From a bacterium (GTDB lineage: Bacteria > Patescibacteriota > Minisyncoccia > UBA6257 > UBA9933): 64,000 nucleotides of DNA. Shown one piece after another: positions 50,996 to 61,736 of this stretch (position 1 is the stretch's first letter; every line of letters begins with the position of its first letter). The DNA is taken from positions 80,360 to 144,359 of the forward strand of contig JAJYHZ010000001.1 of assembly GCA_021796335.1 (NCBI GenBank). The letters run 5' to 3'. The notes beneath the pieces are model-generated. The model was not told the DNA's origin. It searched no databases and was given only the letters and a program-made list of their open reading frames with translations. Position numbers and translations under genes: made by a program.

Positions 50996-52042
50996 ATGGA
51001 AAAAAGAAAAATAAAGCAAATTATTTTTGGAATCGTCTTTATAATTACTATTATTTTGATTATTGCCGGAATATACTTTTTACTGTTCCGTTCCGGTCCA
51101 AGCTGCTTTAATAATTATCAGGATCAGGGCGAAACCGGCATAGATTGCGGCGGTCCCTGCGCTCCGTGCGAAATTAAAAATGCACAATCTCTGGAGGCAA
51201 CTCAAATCGGCCAGTTGTCGGGCGGACCAGATAAAACTGTTTTGGTTTTCCAGATAACAAACCCAAATAATTTGGTTGGTGTCGGCGATTTTACTTATAC
51301 TTTGGATATTTATGACAAATCAAATAATAGTAAAATAAACTCAACCTTCGATCATTCTTTTATCTATCCGAGTGAAGTAAAGTATCTGATTAAAGTTGTT
51401 GATATCGATTCAAGCAAGATCGGAAAAGTTAATATTAATTTTGAAAACTTGAATTGGCAGCTTGCGGGCGATTTTAAAGAACCAGATGTTGTTTCTAAAA
51501 ATTTCCAGACCGATATTTACAATTCTCAGGAAAATACAATTCCATCCGCCGACTTTACCCGTGATTTGTTTATTGGCATAAAAGGAAGCGATGTTACTGA
51601 TCTTCAGGCCTATTTAAAAAAACAGGGATTTTACAATGGCAGTACATCAACTTCATTCACTTACGCCTTAAAATCCGCATTAATTAAATACCAAAAAGCT
51701 AAATCGCTTAAGCCTGCCAATGGTTATTTTGGGGGAGTCACCAGAAATTATATGAATACACAAATTGATTCAGTGCGAAACTCTATTTCCAGTACTGCCG
51801 ATATCTATCCAATTACAATTAGCGGCGTTGCAAAAAATAACGATGTCGTTTCAGCTTCAAAATCAATTGTTAGCGGCTTGATTTTCAGCGATTCCGGAAC
51901 CTTGATTGGCGCTTCCCAAACCGAACTGGATAATATTAATCCCGCAGAAGAAATTTCATTTAAATTAGTTTTTCCGAATACGATTAATATTCAGGCAGTT
52001 AATCAAAATCTTACCAAAGTTTACATAGATTCAATCCGCTGA
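50996..52042 (+). CDS. membrane-anchored protein with peptidoglycan-binding domain
   Basis: TM, GETGIDCGGPC, then GSDVTDLQAYL..GFY..YQ..GYFG..TR. Confidence 0.8.
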   Translation: MEKRKIKQIIFGIVFIITIILIIAGIYFLLFRSGPSCFNNYQDQGETGIDCGGPCAPCEIKNAQSLEATQIGQLSGGPDKTVLVFQITNPNNLVGVGDFTYTLDIYDKSNNSKINSTFDHSFIYPSEVKYLIKVVDIDSSKIGKVNINFENLNWQLAGDFKEPDVVSKNFQTDIYNSQENTIPSADFTRDLFIGIKGSDVTDLQAYLKKQGFYNGSTSTSFTYALKSALIKYQKAKSLKPANGYFGGVTRNYMNTQIDSVRNSISSTADIYPITISGVAKNNDVVSASKSIVSGLIFSDSGTLIGASQTELDNINPAEEISFKLVFPNTINIQAVNQNLTKVYIDSIR

Positions 52043-52112
52043 TTGACTTTTATTCGACAAATAATTATTCTCTTAAAAGCACAAATTTCTATTTTGCAAG
52101 GAGGAGAAATTA

Positions 52113-52454
52113 ATGCTGTTCGATCCGTTTGAAATTCCTCAAAGGATGTATGATCTTCTGAAGAAGGGATTGGGGATAGAAACTCCGGCTGGAAATATGG
52201 ATTATATCGATCCTGGTAAAACAGATGGGGCAAAGGGAATTTTACTTTTGTCGGGCATTGGAATAAATATGCCCGAAATAAGGATATGTGAAATCGAGGA
52301 TCTTAAAACCATAGACTACTCGATTCGCATAACTGTGATAAAAGGGCGCATAAATTTTTATAAAATAAAAAATACGCCCCTATCCATCGCAGTGGAAGAG
52401 GTTTTTAATGGTCTTATTCAATCAACAATGGGGAAACCCGAAAGAATAAAATAG
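52113..52454 (+). CDS. hypothetical protein
   Basis: AAGGAGG SD; TTGACT-N17-TATTCT; terminator ggggcc/ggcccc followed by tttt. Confidence 0.7.
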   Translation: MLFDPFEIPQRMYDLLKKGLGIETPAGNMDYIDPGKTDGAKGILLLSGIGINMPEIRICEIEDLKTIDYSIRITVIKGRINFYKIKNTPLSIAVEEVFNGLIQSTMGKPERIK

Positions 52455-52588
52455 TTTTTCTGAAGTATTTCCGGGGCCATTCAGGCCCCTTTTATTTGCC
52501 CTAAAAGATTTTTCTGTTATATTGTATTTATTCTTAATAATTTTCTGGATTACAAACTCTAATTTCCTAATCACCAATAACTATTTTT

Positions 52589-54769
52589 ATGAATGATATT
52601 TTTAACGGACCCTATGACCCCAAGTCCGTTGAAGAAAAAATTTATAAGCAATGGGAAGAATCCGGCTATTTTAATCCGGATAATTTACCGACTAAAAAAT
52701 CTGCTAAGCCGTTCACAATAATTATGCCTCCGCCGAATGCTAATGGCTCTCTTCATCTTGGCCACGTTATTCCGATTACCTTGGAAGATATAATGATTCG
52801 CTATAAAAGAATGAAAGGGTTTAAAACTTTGTGGCTTCCAGGTGCTGACCACGCGGGTTTTGAAACTCAGGTTGTCTACGAAAAAAAATTGGAAAAAGAA
52901 GGACGAAGCAGATTTAAAATTCACCCTGAGCAGCTTTGGCAGGAAATTTGGGATTTCACTCAACACAATAAGAAAACAATGGAAAATCAAGTACGCCGGC
53001 TTGGCGCTTCCTGTGATTGGTCAAGGGAAAAATTTACGCTTGATCCCGATATTATTTCCAAAACGCAAGATACTTTTATTCAAATGCACAAAGACGGCTT
53101 GATTTATCGCGGCGAGCGCTTGGTAAATTGGTGCACAAAGCATCAAACCGGACTTTCAGATTTAGAAGTTAATTATGAAACAAGAAAGGATCCGTTGTAT
53201 TATATAAAATATGGGCCATTTACATTAGCTACGGTAAGACCGGAAACAAAGTTCGGCGATACCGCATTAGCTGTTAACTCGAAAGATAAAAGATATAAAA
53301 AATATATTGGGAAAGAATTTGAGGTAGAAAGCATTATTGGAAAGACAAAAATAAAAGTTATTGGAGATGATGCTATCGACCCTAAATTTGGAACTGGTGT
53401 AGTTAAGGTTACTCCTGCTCATGATCAAACAGATTTCGAAATTTGGCAAAGACATAAGGATGAAATTCCCGGTCCGAGGGAAATCATAAATAAGTTTGGT
53501 AAAATGGATTTAATAAGGCACTTTCCCGACAGCGACGAAGCGAAAAAATATGAAGGTCTGAAAATTAATGAGGCAAGGAAATTGATTGTGGAAGACATGC
53601 AAAAAAGAGGTTTAATCGAAAAAATTGATAATACTTATGAGCATGAAGTTGGTGTTTGTTATAAATGCGGGACCATAATAGAACCGCGATTAATGGCGCA
53701 ATGGTTTGTGAAAATGAAACCATTGGCAAGACCGGCTATAGACATTGTCAAAAAAAACAAAATCAAATTTATTCCGGTCAGATTAAAAAAAATCTATTTT
53801 CACTGGCTTAAAAATATTCGAGACTGGAATATTTCCCGTCAAATTGTTTGGGGCATTCAAATTCCCGCCTGGCAATGCCAGGAATGCGGCGAATGGATAA
53901 TTTTGAAAGAAAAACCTTTAAAATGCTCAAAATGTAAAACGTCTAAAATCGAAAGAGATCCCGAAGTATTCGATACATGGTTTTCTTCTGGTCAATGGCC
54001 ATTTTTAACTCTTGGATATCCGAATGAAAAGGATTACAAAAATTTTTATCCAACCAGCGTAATGGAAACTGCGGCGGATATTTTGCCATTTTGGGTTATG
54101 AGAATGATAGTTATCGGATTATACCGCACAAAAAAAATCCCATTTAGACATGTTTATTTCAATGGCTTAATTCGTGATAAGAAGGGGCAAAAAATGTCTA
54201 AATCAAAAGGAAATGTTGTAAATCCTTTAGATATTATCGAATTATATGGAACAGACGCTTTGCGAATGAGTGTGATAATAGGCAATACTCCCGGCAACGA
54301 TTTGAATTTTTTCGAAGATAAAGTCAGGGGATACAGAAACTTCGCCAATAAAATCTGGCAGGCCAGCCGCTTTGTTTTAATGAACGCAGAGACTTTTAAA
54401 TATTCCACGAGTTTGTCGAAGAAAATAAAAATGACTGCTTCCGATAGAAAGAGATTAAAGGAGCTAGAATCTCTAAAGAAAAAAGTTACAAAACAAATGG
54501 ATACATTTAAATTCCATTTGGCTGCCGAAGAACTTTACCATTATTTTTGGCACACTTTTGCGGATAAAATAATTGAAGAAAATAAAAATCGCTTAAAAGA
54601 AGAAACAATGAAGAGTGCAGAAGATCGCACAGCTGCTCAATATTTGCTTTTACAAATTTTAACTGAATCAATTAAATTACTTCATCCATTTATGCCTTTT
54701 ATTACAGAAGAAATTTATCAGAATCTGCCGACTAAAGGAATGGAATTTCTGATGGTTAACAAATGGTAA
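52589..54769 (+). CDS. valS: valyl-tRNA synthetase (no C-terminal coiled coil)
   Basis: PPPNANGSLHLGH, DWNISRQ, DTWFSS and KMSKSKGN motifs. Confidence 0.97.
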   Translation: MNDIFNGPYDPKSVEEKIYKQWEESGYFNPDNLPTKKSAKPFTIIMPPPNANGSLHLGHVIPITLEDIMIRYKRMKGFKTLWLPGADHAGFETQVVYEKKLEKEGRSRFKIHPEQLWQEIWDFTQHNKKTMENQVRRLGASCDWSREKFTLDPDIISKTQDTFIQMHKDGLIYRGERLVNWCTKHQTGLSDLEVNYETRKDPLYYIKYGPFTLATVRPETKFGDTALAVNSKDKRYKKYIGKEFEVESIIGKTKIKVIGDDAIDPKFGTGVVKVTPAHDQTDFEIWQRHKDEIPGPREIINKFGKMDLIRHFPDSDEAKKYEGLKINEARKLIVEDMQKRGLIEKIDNTYEHEVGVCYKCGTIIEPRLMAQWFVKMKPLARPAIDIVKKNKIKFIPVRLKKIYFHWLKNIRDWNISRQIVWGIQIPAWQCQECGEWIILKEKPLKCSKCKTSKIERDPEVFDTWFSSGQWPFLTLGYPNEKDYKNFYPTSVMETAADILPFWVMRMIVIGLYRTKKIPFRHVYFNGLIRDKKGQKMSKSKGNVVNPLDIIELYGTDALRMSVIIGNTPGNDLNFFEDKVRGYRNFANKIWQASRFVLMNAETFKYSTSLSKKIKMTASDRKRLKELESLKKKVTKQMDTFKFHLAAEELYHYFWHTFADKIIEENKNRLKEETMKSAEDRTAAQYLLLQILTESIKLLHPFMPFITEEIYQNLPTKGMEFLMVNKW

Positions 54770-54856
54770 TAAAAATTGATTTATTTTTGGAAATTGCCAA
54801 GATATAAATTGCAGGTTATAATTATATAAATATCTTACTTTTTAAAGGAGGATGAG

Positions 54857-55003
54857 GTGTTGATTGATTATTCTTTTTTCGCAGTTATTTTAAATTTATA
54901 TAATTGGGAATTATGGAGCTGGAATCATTTAGCGCTTATGAGCGCTGCAATTATTGCGGTTGCAGTACTGATAACAATTATAATGTTTTTCATTAAATCT
55001 TAA
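54857..55003 (+). CDS. small membrane protein (48 aa)
   Basis: TTGCCA-N17-TATAAT, AGGAGG SD, GTG start, TM helix, terminator. Confidence 0.6.
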   Translation: MLIDYSFFAVILNLYNWELWSWNHLALMSAAIIAVAVLITIIMFFIKS

Positions 55004-55069
55004 TTTATCTCCAACCCCGTATTTACGGGGATTTCTTTTTAAACGAAACAATATATTATATTTTATAAT

Positions 55070-55750
55070 ATGCAGGCCATAATTTTAGCCGCGGGCAAAG
55101 GAATAAGAATGCGGCCTTTAACTAAAAATGTTCCGAAACCGATGCTAAAAATTGATAATCGGCCTATTTTAGAACATACGATTAACGCCCTTCCCGAAGA
55201 AATCAATGAAATTATCATTGTTATAGGATATCTGGGCAATAAAATTAAAAATTATTTTGGTAAAAAATATAAAAACAGGAGAATTAAATATGTTGTCCAA
55301 AAAGATTTGAATGGCAGCGGTGAGGCGCTCTGGTGCGCCAAAAAATATTTAAAGGGAAAATTTCTGATTTTAGCAGCGGATGATTTGTATTATAAAAACG
55401 ATTTACGAAAATTAATTAAATATAATCTGGCGATCCTGGCCCACAGAGCGAAAAATGCCAGTCGGTTCGGAGTCTTAAAAGTTGATAAAAATAGAAACTT
55501 AAGGAGTTTTGAGGAAAAGCCTCAGGGGGTTAAAAATAAACTAGTAAATACGGGTGTGTATATGATGGACAAAAGAATTTTTAATTATGATTTAATAAAA
55601 GTGAGAGAAGAATTTCTTCTTCCGCAAACCATTTTTGAAATGTCAAAAGATTTTCCAATAAAAATAGTAAAAGCCGAAAAATGGTTTCCCATTGGCTATC
55701 CGGAAGATCTAAAAAGGGCTGATAAAATTATAGGCAAATTCAGAAACTGA
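55070..55750 (+). CDS. sugar-phosphate nucleotidyltransferase
   Basis: ILAAGKGIRMRPLT...PKPML and EEKP motifs. Confidence 0.9.
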   Translation: MQAIILAAGKGIRMRPLTKNVPKPMLKIDNRPILEHTINALPEEINEIIIVIGYLGNKIKNYFGKKYKNRRIKYVVQKDLNGSGEALWCAKKYLKGKFLILAADDLYYKNDLRKLIKYNLAILAHRAKNASRFGVLKVDKNRNLRSFEEKPQGVKNKLVNTGVYMMDKRIFNYDLIKVREEFLLPQTIFEMSKDFPIKIVKAEKWFPIGYPEDLKRADKIIGKFRN

Positions 55751-55904
55751 TTTTTTGCGAAAAAATTATTAAACAATTATAATTTTACTATTGGGTTATA
55801 TTGTGTCATCCTGAATTTGTGCACTCTATAATGACACGCCAAGCGTGACTATTGCTGAGTTTTAGGATTTAAAGATTCCGAAATGAATTCTGAATGAAAA
55901 AGCT

Positions 55905-56627
55905 ATGAAAAAAATTATTTCATTTAACTGGAAAATGATGCCCTTGACGCAGAAAGAGGCGAATGATTTATTATCTGTTATCAGTACTGATAACAGTGTT
56001 ATAATATTCCCGCCTTTTGTTTATTTATCAGAAATTGCCGGCCTTAAAGATAAGACCAAAATTAAATTAGGCGCACAGGATGTCTTTTATAAAAATAAAG
56101 GCGCCTATACGGGGGAAATTTCTCCTAAAATACTGAAGAATCTAGGAGTCGATTATGTAATTATCGGCCATTCAGAAAGGCGGAGATACTTCGGTGAAAC
56201 GGACGAAATAATAAATAAAAAAATAAGAGCCGCGCTAAAAAATAAATTAAAAGTTATTTTATGTGTGGGTGAGGATTTATCAATCCGTAAAAAAGGCCAG
56301 AAGGCAGTTGAACAATTTATTGGTAATCAATTAAAAGATGATTTAAAGAATGTTCCTCGTAACTCCGCGCTAATCGCGGCCTATGAGCCAATCTGGGCAA
56401 TCGGAACAGGGCATAATGATACGCCAGCTGATGCAGTTAAAATTTCGAGATTTATTAAACAGCTAATAACCAAAAACTATAAACTAAAAACTATGGTTTT
56501 ATATGGCGGTTCCGTCGATGGTAAAAATATTATAAAATTTATAAATCATCCGGAGATTGACGGCGCTTTGATCGGCCACGCCAGCGTGGATAAAAAAGAA
56601 GTTAAAAAAATAATATCTCAAATCTAA
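55905..56627 (+). CDS. tpiA: triosephosphate isomerase
   Basis: NWKM, GHSERR, AYEPIWAIGTG and LYGGSV motifs. Confidence 0.97.
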   Translation: MKKIISFNWKMMPLTQKEANDLLSVISTDNSVIIFPPFVYLSEIAGLKDKTKIKLGAQDVFYKNKGAYTGEISPKILKNLGVDYVIIGHSERRRYFGETDEIINKKIRAALKNKLKVILCVGEDLSIRKKGQKAVEQFIGNQLKDDLKNVPRNSALIAAYEPIWAIGTGHNDTPADAVKISRFIKQLITKNYKLKTMVLYGGSVDGKNIIKFINHPEIDGALIGHASVDKKEVKKIISQI

Positions 56628-56653
56628 TTACTAATTACTAATAACTTTTTTCT

Positions 56654-57208
56654 ATGAATTCATTCGACATCTCCGTTTTTAATTTTTTTTATCAGTTTAC
56701 AAGTACAAAAATCATTGGTTATCTAAGTATTTTTTTTGCCGAGTATTTTCCGTTTATAATCGGCTTTATTTTAATAATTCTTATAATTAAAACGAAAGAT
56801 TGGCGTCAGAGGTTTTATTTTTTTTCATTTACGGCGCTTTCGGCTCTTCTGGGAAGGGGAATTATCGCCGAAACAATCAGAACCTTTTATGATAGGTTGC
56901 GGCCATTTGTGGTTCTGCACCTTACTCCATTGATAAATGTGCCGCCTACCGAGCCGTCTTTCCCTTCGGGTCATGCCACGTTTTATTTCGCTCTGGTTTT
57001 GCCGGCATTCTATATCAGTAAAAAATGGGGATGGATATTTTTAATTTCCGCAATTTTTATAAGCATTGCCAGAATTGCGGTAGGAGTGCATTGGCCGACC
57101 GATATTTTGGCCGGTGCCGCAATCGGATATTTAAGTTCTTTGTTTATTAAACGCATTTTACCTGAAACCAAAAAAAATAGCCCCATCACATCCGGCGACG
57201 GGGCATAA
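56654..57208 (+). CDS. PAP2 family phosphatase
   Basis: RLRP, SFPSGH and RIAVGVHWPTD motifs. Confidence 0.92.
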   Translation: MNSFDISVFNFFYQFTSTKIIGYLSIFFAEYFPFIIGFILIILIIKTKDWRQRFYFFSFTALSALLGRGIIAETIRTFYDRLRPFVVLHLTPLINVPPTEPSFPSGHATFYFALVLPAFYISKKWGWIFLISAIFISIARIAVGVHWPTDILAGAAIGYLSSLFIKRILPETKKNSPITSGDGA

Positions 57209-57238
57209 GCGATTTTCCCCCTTCTCATTTATCCCTCC

Positions 57239-57490
57239 TTACGCGGCAGCCTTTTTCTGGTGTTTTCTGATAATTTCCGCAATTCGATCTTTTGCAACGT
57301 TCCGTGCCGTCATTCTTTCATAGACTTCTTCCAGAAGTCCCCGTATTTCGGCGCGATCCGTTGCGGACAGGGACAGTCGTTTTAGGTCCAGAATTTCTAA
57401 AAGCTGCTTTTCAGAGTCGGAGGAAGGAGGAGAAGCTTCTTTTTTCCACAGTGCATAAAGGAAATCCGATAAAGCCGATTCCTTTATCAT
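57239..57490 (-). CDS. hypothetical protein
   Basis: 83 aa; AAGGGGG SD; upstream TATAAT. Confidence 0.55.
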   Translation of the reverse strand: MIKESALSDFLYALWKKEASPPSSDSEKQLLEILDLKRLSLSATDRAEIRGLLEEVYERMTARNVAKDRIAEIIRKHQKKAAA

Positions 57491-57600
57491 ATAATCTACC
57501 CCCTTTCTTTTACATATTTGAGATTAAATCCTGCTAACATAAATTATATCAGGTTTTTTAAAATTTGCCAGTCATATTTAATTTGGTAAAATTAATGTAA

Positions 57601-57879
57601 ATGACAGCCTTGAAAGATAAAATCAAACAGGACGGATCGGAAATAAGAAAAGAGCTTAGAAGCAAAACCCTGGGATATATCGGAACGGCCCTTGGTCTAG
57701 TCGCGGGTTTGGCCTGGAATCAAGCCGTCCAATCTTTTATTCAGAAATATTTTCCGATGGATAAACATGGCGTTTTGGCGCAATTTGTCTATGCCATAGG
57801 AGTTACCTTTATTATTGTAATCGTGCTCTATCTTTTAACCAAATTTTTAACCCAAAAAGGAGATGAGAATCAAGACTAA
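57601..57879 (+). CDS. small membrane protein, DUF5654-like
   Basis: ALGLVAGLAWN..QFVYA pattern. Confidence 0.75.
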   Translation: MTALKDKIKQDGSEIRKELRSKTLGYIGTALGLVAGLAWNQAVQSFIQKYFPMDKHGVLAQFVYAIGVTFIIVIVLYLLTKFLTQKGDENQD

Positions 57880-57887
57880 AATAAACA

Positions 57888-58109
57888 ATGCGCATTTACG
57901 TAAAAGTCAAAACAAATTCAAAAAAGGAAACAATTGAAAAAATTGATGATTCAACTTTTACTGTTCGCGTCAAAGAGCCGCCGTTTGAGGGAAAAGCCAA
58001 TAGGGCGATTATAAAATTAATCGCTGAATATTTCGGCGTGCCGCAATCAAGGGTTTCAATAATAATCGGTCATACTTCCGGTAATAAAATAATTGAGATT
58101 GGCGATTAA
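57888..58109 (+). CDS. DUF167 (YggU) family protein
   Basis: VKEPPFEGKAN..IIGHTSGNK pattern. Confidence 0.88.
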   Translation: MRIYVKVKTNSKKETIEKIDDSTFTVRVKEPPFEGKANRAIIKLIAEYFGVPQSRVSIIIGHTSGNKIIEIGD

Positions 58110-58882
58110 ACGAACTTAAGCCAGCGGAAAACCGAAGAAAGGACGAATATCAAAGCTCCGGATAAAATAAACAGCGGTCCGGGAGTTAGATTAAGCGTAT
58201 AAGAAAGATAAGTCCCGGAAATTGCGGAAATAACTCCGAAAACAACGCTCCAAACCATAAATTCGGACAAGCTTTTTGATACGTTTTTCGCCGAAGCAGC
58301 CGGGATTATCACAAGCGCTCCCATGAGCAATGCTCCCACAAACCTGATTCCTATGGCGACAGCAACCGCAAAAATAAATAAATAAACGAAATCCAATTTT
58401 TTGTTGTCAATGCCGACGGAATGCGAAAGCTCGTCCGAAACCATATTCAAGGCAAGTTTTTTATAAATAATCAAAATCGCAACAAGTAGAATTAATGAAA
58501 AAATAATCGAAATAATCGACTGTGAAATTGTAATAGTCGAAATATCTCCGAACATTGCTTCTAATAAATCCTGCTGAGGAATCAAAAGCACTCCCAGTGC
58601 CAGGCTCGACGTGAAAAAAATCCCAACCAAGGCGTCAATCGGAACCCTGGTTCTGTATTTCAAAAACCAAATTCCCGTTATCGCCATAAAGAGAAAAATA
58701 AAAGCTCCGATAAAAGGATCAAAGTGCAATAAAATTCCGATCGCCAAACCGGGCAATGCCACATGTGAAAGGGCGTCGCCGACCAAAGACATTCTTTTTA
58801 GCACGACAAAGCTACCTAGCAGGCTCGCGCTGATTGAAACAAATATTGCGGTTATTAGTACTAGCAAAAAATGTGTTTCCAT
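58106..58882 (-). CDS. znuB: Zn/Mn ABC transporter permease
   Basis: MSLVGDALSHVALPG and VGALL..L.IIPA motifs. Confidence 0.88.
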   Translation of the reverse strand: METHFLLVLITAIFVSISASLLGSFVVLKRMSLVGDALSHVALPGLAIGILLHFDPFIGAFIFLFMAITGIWFLKYRTRVPIDALVGIFFTSSLALGVLLIPQQDLLEAMFGDISTITISQSIISIIFSLILLVAILIIYKKLALNMVSDELSHSVGIDNKKLDFVYLFIFAVAVAIGIRFVGALLMGALVIIPAASAKNVSKSLSEFMVWSVVFGVISAISGTYLSYTLNLTPGPLFILSGALIFVLSSVFRWLKFV

Positions 58883-58943
58883 TTCGAATTTGAATTTAAT
58901 ATTTAAGATTTAGGGAACTTACTCTAATTTTATATCTTATATT

Positions 58944-59633
58944 CTACTGGTGTTCATGACGATAAAATTTCTTTGGCTCTCCGTAAAGATTGTGCAGCGT
59001 TTCGTCGTTTAAAATTTCTTCCGGTTTTCCCATACAGATATTCTGATGGTTCAGGCACATGACTTTGCTCGCATATTGGTAAATAACGTTCAATTCGTGG
59101 GAAATTAAAATGACGGTTATTTTTAATTTTTCCTGCAAATGGGCGAGAACTTTATAAATTGATTCCTGTCCGTAAATGTCGACGTTCGCTGTCGGTTCGT
59201 CGAATAATAAAATATCCGGATCGCCCAAAAGCGTCCAGCCGATCAAAAGCCTTTGCCTCTGGCCGAGAGAAACTTCTCCCAGGCCCATTTTCAATATTTT
59301 TTTATCGAGTTGGATGAATTTCAGAATTTCATCGATTTTTTGATTCGTTATCGTTTTTGGCTGCAGCTTTAAAAATTCTTCAACAGTCAGAGGAATGTGC
59401 TTTTCCACCTCGAGTCTTTGCGGCGCATATCCGATTCGCATATTGGGAGCCCAATGGATTTCGCCATTATAAGGCAATAGCCCTAAAAGCGCCTTAAATA
59501 ATGTCGTTTTGCCGGCGCCGTTTGGGCCGATTATGGCTAAAACCTCCCCTTGTTCGACATTGAAACTGACATCCTGAATGATGGAATCATTGTCGATTTT
59601 TACATTTAAGTTTTTTACCTCAAGAACGTTCAT
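58944..59633 (-). CDS. znuC: Zn/Mn ABC transporter ATPase
   Basis: GPNGAGKTT, DEPT and ISHEL motifs. Confidence 0.88.
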   Translation of the reverse strand: MNVLEVKNLNVKIDNDSIIQDVSFNVEQGEVLAIIGPNGAGKTTLFKALLGLLPYNGEIHWAPNMRIGYAPQRLEVEKHIPLTVEEFLKLQPKTITNQKIDEILKFIQLDKKILKMGLGEVSLGQRQRLLIGWTLLGDPDILLFDEPTANVDIYGQESIYKVLAHLQEKLKITVILISHELNVIYQYASKVMCLNHQNICMGKPEEILNDETLHNLYGEPKKFYRHEHQ

Positions 59634-59716
59634 TTGGAAGAATTATAAATTATTTTTAAAAACAAATAAAATAAGTAAGTTTTAAATTTATTTTCAACTG
59701 ATATATAATAAACACT

Positions 59717-60754
59717 ATGGAATATTCATTACTTGCTATACTTGCAATAATTTTAATTGTTTTAATTGCCGGAATAATCTGGATTCGCAATTCCGTGAAA
59801 TCGAAAGAAGATTCGCAATCAATGTTTTTGCTTCAAAACCAAATTAATGAGTTGTCGCGGGTTTTAGATACGAAAATGGGGGAGTCTACGGAATTTTTAA
59901 TGCATCAATCTGCTGAAAGCCGGAAAATCATCCAGGAGGTCACGGAAAAACTGGTTCGGCTGGATGAAACCAATAAACAAGTGGTTAACTTCGCCGATCA
60001 GCTTAAAAATCTTCAGGATATTTTAAAAAATCCGAAACAACGCGGAATTTTGGGTGAATATTATCTGGAAACCGTTTTAAAAAATGTTTTACCTCCTAAA
60101 AGTTTTCAGATGCAGTATCCGTTTAAAAATGGTGAGATTGTAGACGCTGCTGTTTTTGTCGGCGGCAAAGTCATTCCGGTTGATTCCAAATTCAGTCTGG
60201 AAAATTATAATCGCTTACTGGAAATCCGCGACGATCAAGAAAGAAAAAAAATTGAAGATTCGCTTCGCAATGATTTAAAGAACCGTATTGATGAAACCTC
60301 TAAATATATCCGTCCGGATGAAGACACGGTTGAGTTTGCTTTCATGTTTATTCCATCCGAAGCGCTTTATTATGATTTATTGATCAATAAAGTCGGTTCA
60401 ATTTCCAGTCGCGATTTGATTGAATACGCCACTCGCGACAAAAAGGTTATCATTGTTTCTCCGACATCTTTCTTGGCCTATCTTCAAACAGTTCTGCAAG
60501 GATTAAAAGCGATGCAGATTGAAGAATCCGCTAAAGAAATCAGAAAGCGGGTGGAAGATTTAGGAAAGCACCTTTTGAACTTTGATGCTTATATGAAAAA
60601 ATTGGGAACCCATTTAGGCACCACCGTAAATATGTACAATAGCGCCTCCAAAGAGCTTGGAAAAATCGATAAAGATGTCTTAAAAATCAGCGGAGATGCC
60701 GCTGGGATAGAACCAATATCAATCGATAAACCGCAAGAAGATTTATTTGACTAA
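59717..60754 (+). CDS. rmuC: DNA recombination protein RmuC
   Basis: RGILGE..LE, VDSKFS and FAFMFIPSEA motifs. Confidence 0.93.
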   Translation: MEYSLLAILAIILIVLIAGIIWIRNSVKSKEDSQSMFLLQNQINELSRVLDTKMGESTEFLMHQSAESRKIIQEVTEKLVRLDETNKQVVNFADQLKNLQDILKNPKQRGILGEYYLETVLKNVLPPKSFQMQYPFKNGEIVDAAVFVGGKVIPVDSKFSLENYNRLLEIRDDQERKKIEDSLRNDLKNRIDETSKYIRPDEDTVEFAFMFIPSEALYYDLLINKVGSISSRDLIEYATRDKKVIIVSPTSFLAYLQTVLQGLKAMQIEESAKEIRKRVEDLGKHLLNFDAYMKKLGTHLGTTVNMYNSASKELGKIDKDVLKISGDAAGIEPISIDKPQEDLFD

Positions 60755-60819
60755 ATCTCTTATAATTGGTATATTTTAGGCAGAATAATTATAATTCTAT
60801 ATAAAGGGGGAAATTAAAA

Positions 60820-61110
60820 ATGGGGTGTCGAATAATCCAGGTTGCTGTTCCTGACACAGATCGCTTTACTCTCAGACTTCCAAAAGGTTCAAAGATTTTG
60901 ACTCTGCAGAAGAATAAAAAGAATGAACCGAGGTTATTTATTCTTCGGTCTGAAGGGACCGTATCGATTGAAGAAAGGAATTTTATTCTGGTCCCAACGG
61001 GGAGTTTCATAAATGAAATGGCCGAGGAGCTAAAATACGTTGGCACTTTTCTGTCAGAGGGCGGCAGGTTTAACGGCCCATTCTTTTATCATATTTTTGA
61101 AATAAAGTAA
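60820..61110 (+). CDS. hypothetical protein
   Basis: 96 aa; G-rich SD. Confidence 0.65.
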   Translation: MGCRIIQVAVPDTDRFTLRLPKGSKILTLQKNKKNEPRLFILRSEGTVSIEERNFILVPTGSFINEMAEELKYVGTFLSEGGRFNGPFFYHIFEIK

Positions 61111-61269
61111 TGGCTAAAATAAAATGGGCGAGCCTAAAAAACGAGGCTTCCGACAGCAAGGCCGGCCGCTAGCGCTGCGGCACAGGGGTGGGTAAAACCG
61201 CCCCTTTTTATTATTGACAAAATAAACAAAAGTACTTAACATTTCATACAGCTTTTAACTATTTAAGAA

Positions 61270-61641
61270 ATGGAGGAATTTAGAGGAGTGAGTAAACAAA
61301 TTACAGTGGCAGGAAATTTTGATAACGGCGGTGACGTAACGTTCGAAATAACGTCAGCGTGCTTGACTTGTCCGGCATTCTTAATTTGCCATGAAGACAA
61401 GAAGGGGGCGGCCATAAAAAGCAATGGTGAAAAGGGGATGGTCGACAAAAACAGTTTTAACATTGTTGTCCGAATCCTTTTTGAACTGTTGATAAACGCC
61501 CTTGTGAATTATCATATCATGGCCGATTTTATGGCTGCGGTGCTTCCCGAGTTAAAATCGATGCGCCAGGAATTAATGCGGAGTTTTGAACTCAATGCAA
61601 CGGTCAGCCGCAGGCAGTACCGCATTCTTAAAACGCTCTGA
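61270..61641 (+). CDS. hypothetical protein
   Basis: TTGACA-N17-TAACAT at 61214; terminator at ~61657-61688; start may be GTG 61288. Confidence 0.6.
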   Translation: MEEFRGVSKQITVAGNFDNGGDVTFEITSACLTCPAFLICHEDKKGAAIKSNGEKGMVDKNSFNIVVRILFELLINALVNYHIMADFMAAVLPELKSMRQELMRSFELNATVSRRQYRILKTL

Positions 61642-61736
61642 TAATTTCCTCTTAATGGGCCGCTCGTACGAGCGGCCTTTTCTTTTTATTGACGAAAATA
61701 TCCATTCTTGCTAATTTTAAATTATTATTCTCAAGG

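Noticed and set aside
58106-59633. Metal ABC transporter lacking a substrate-binding gene
   Set aside because: The gene may lie elsewhere in the genome and cannot be judged from this window
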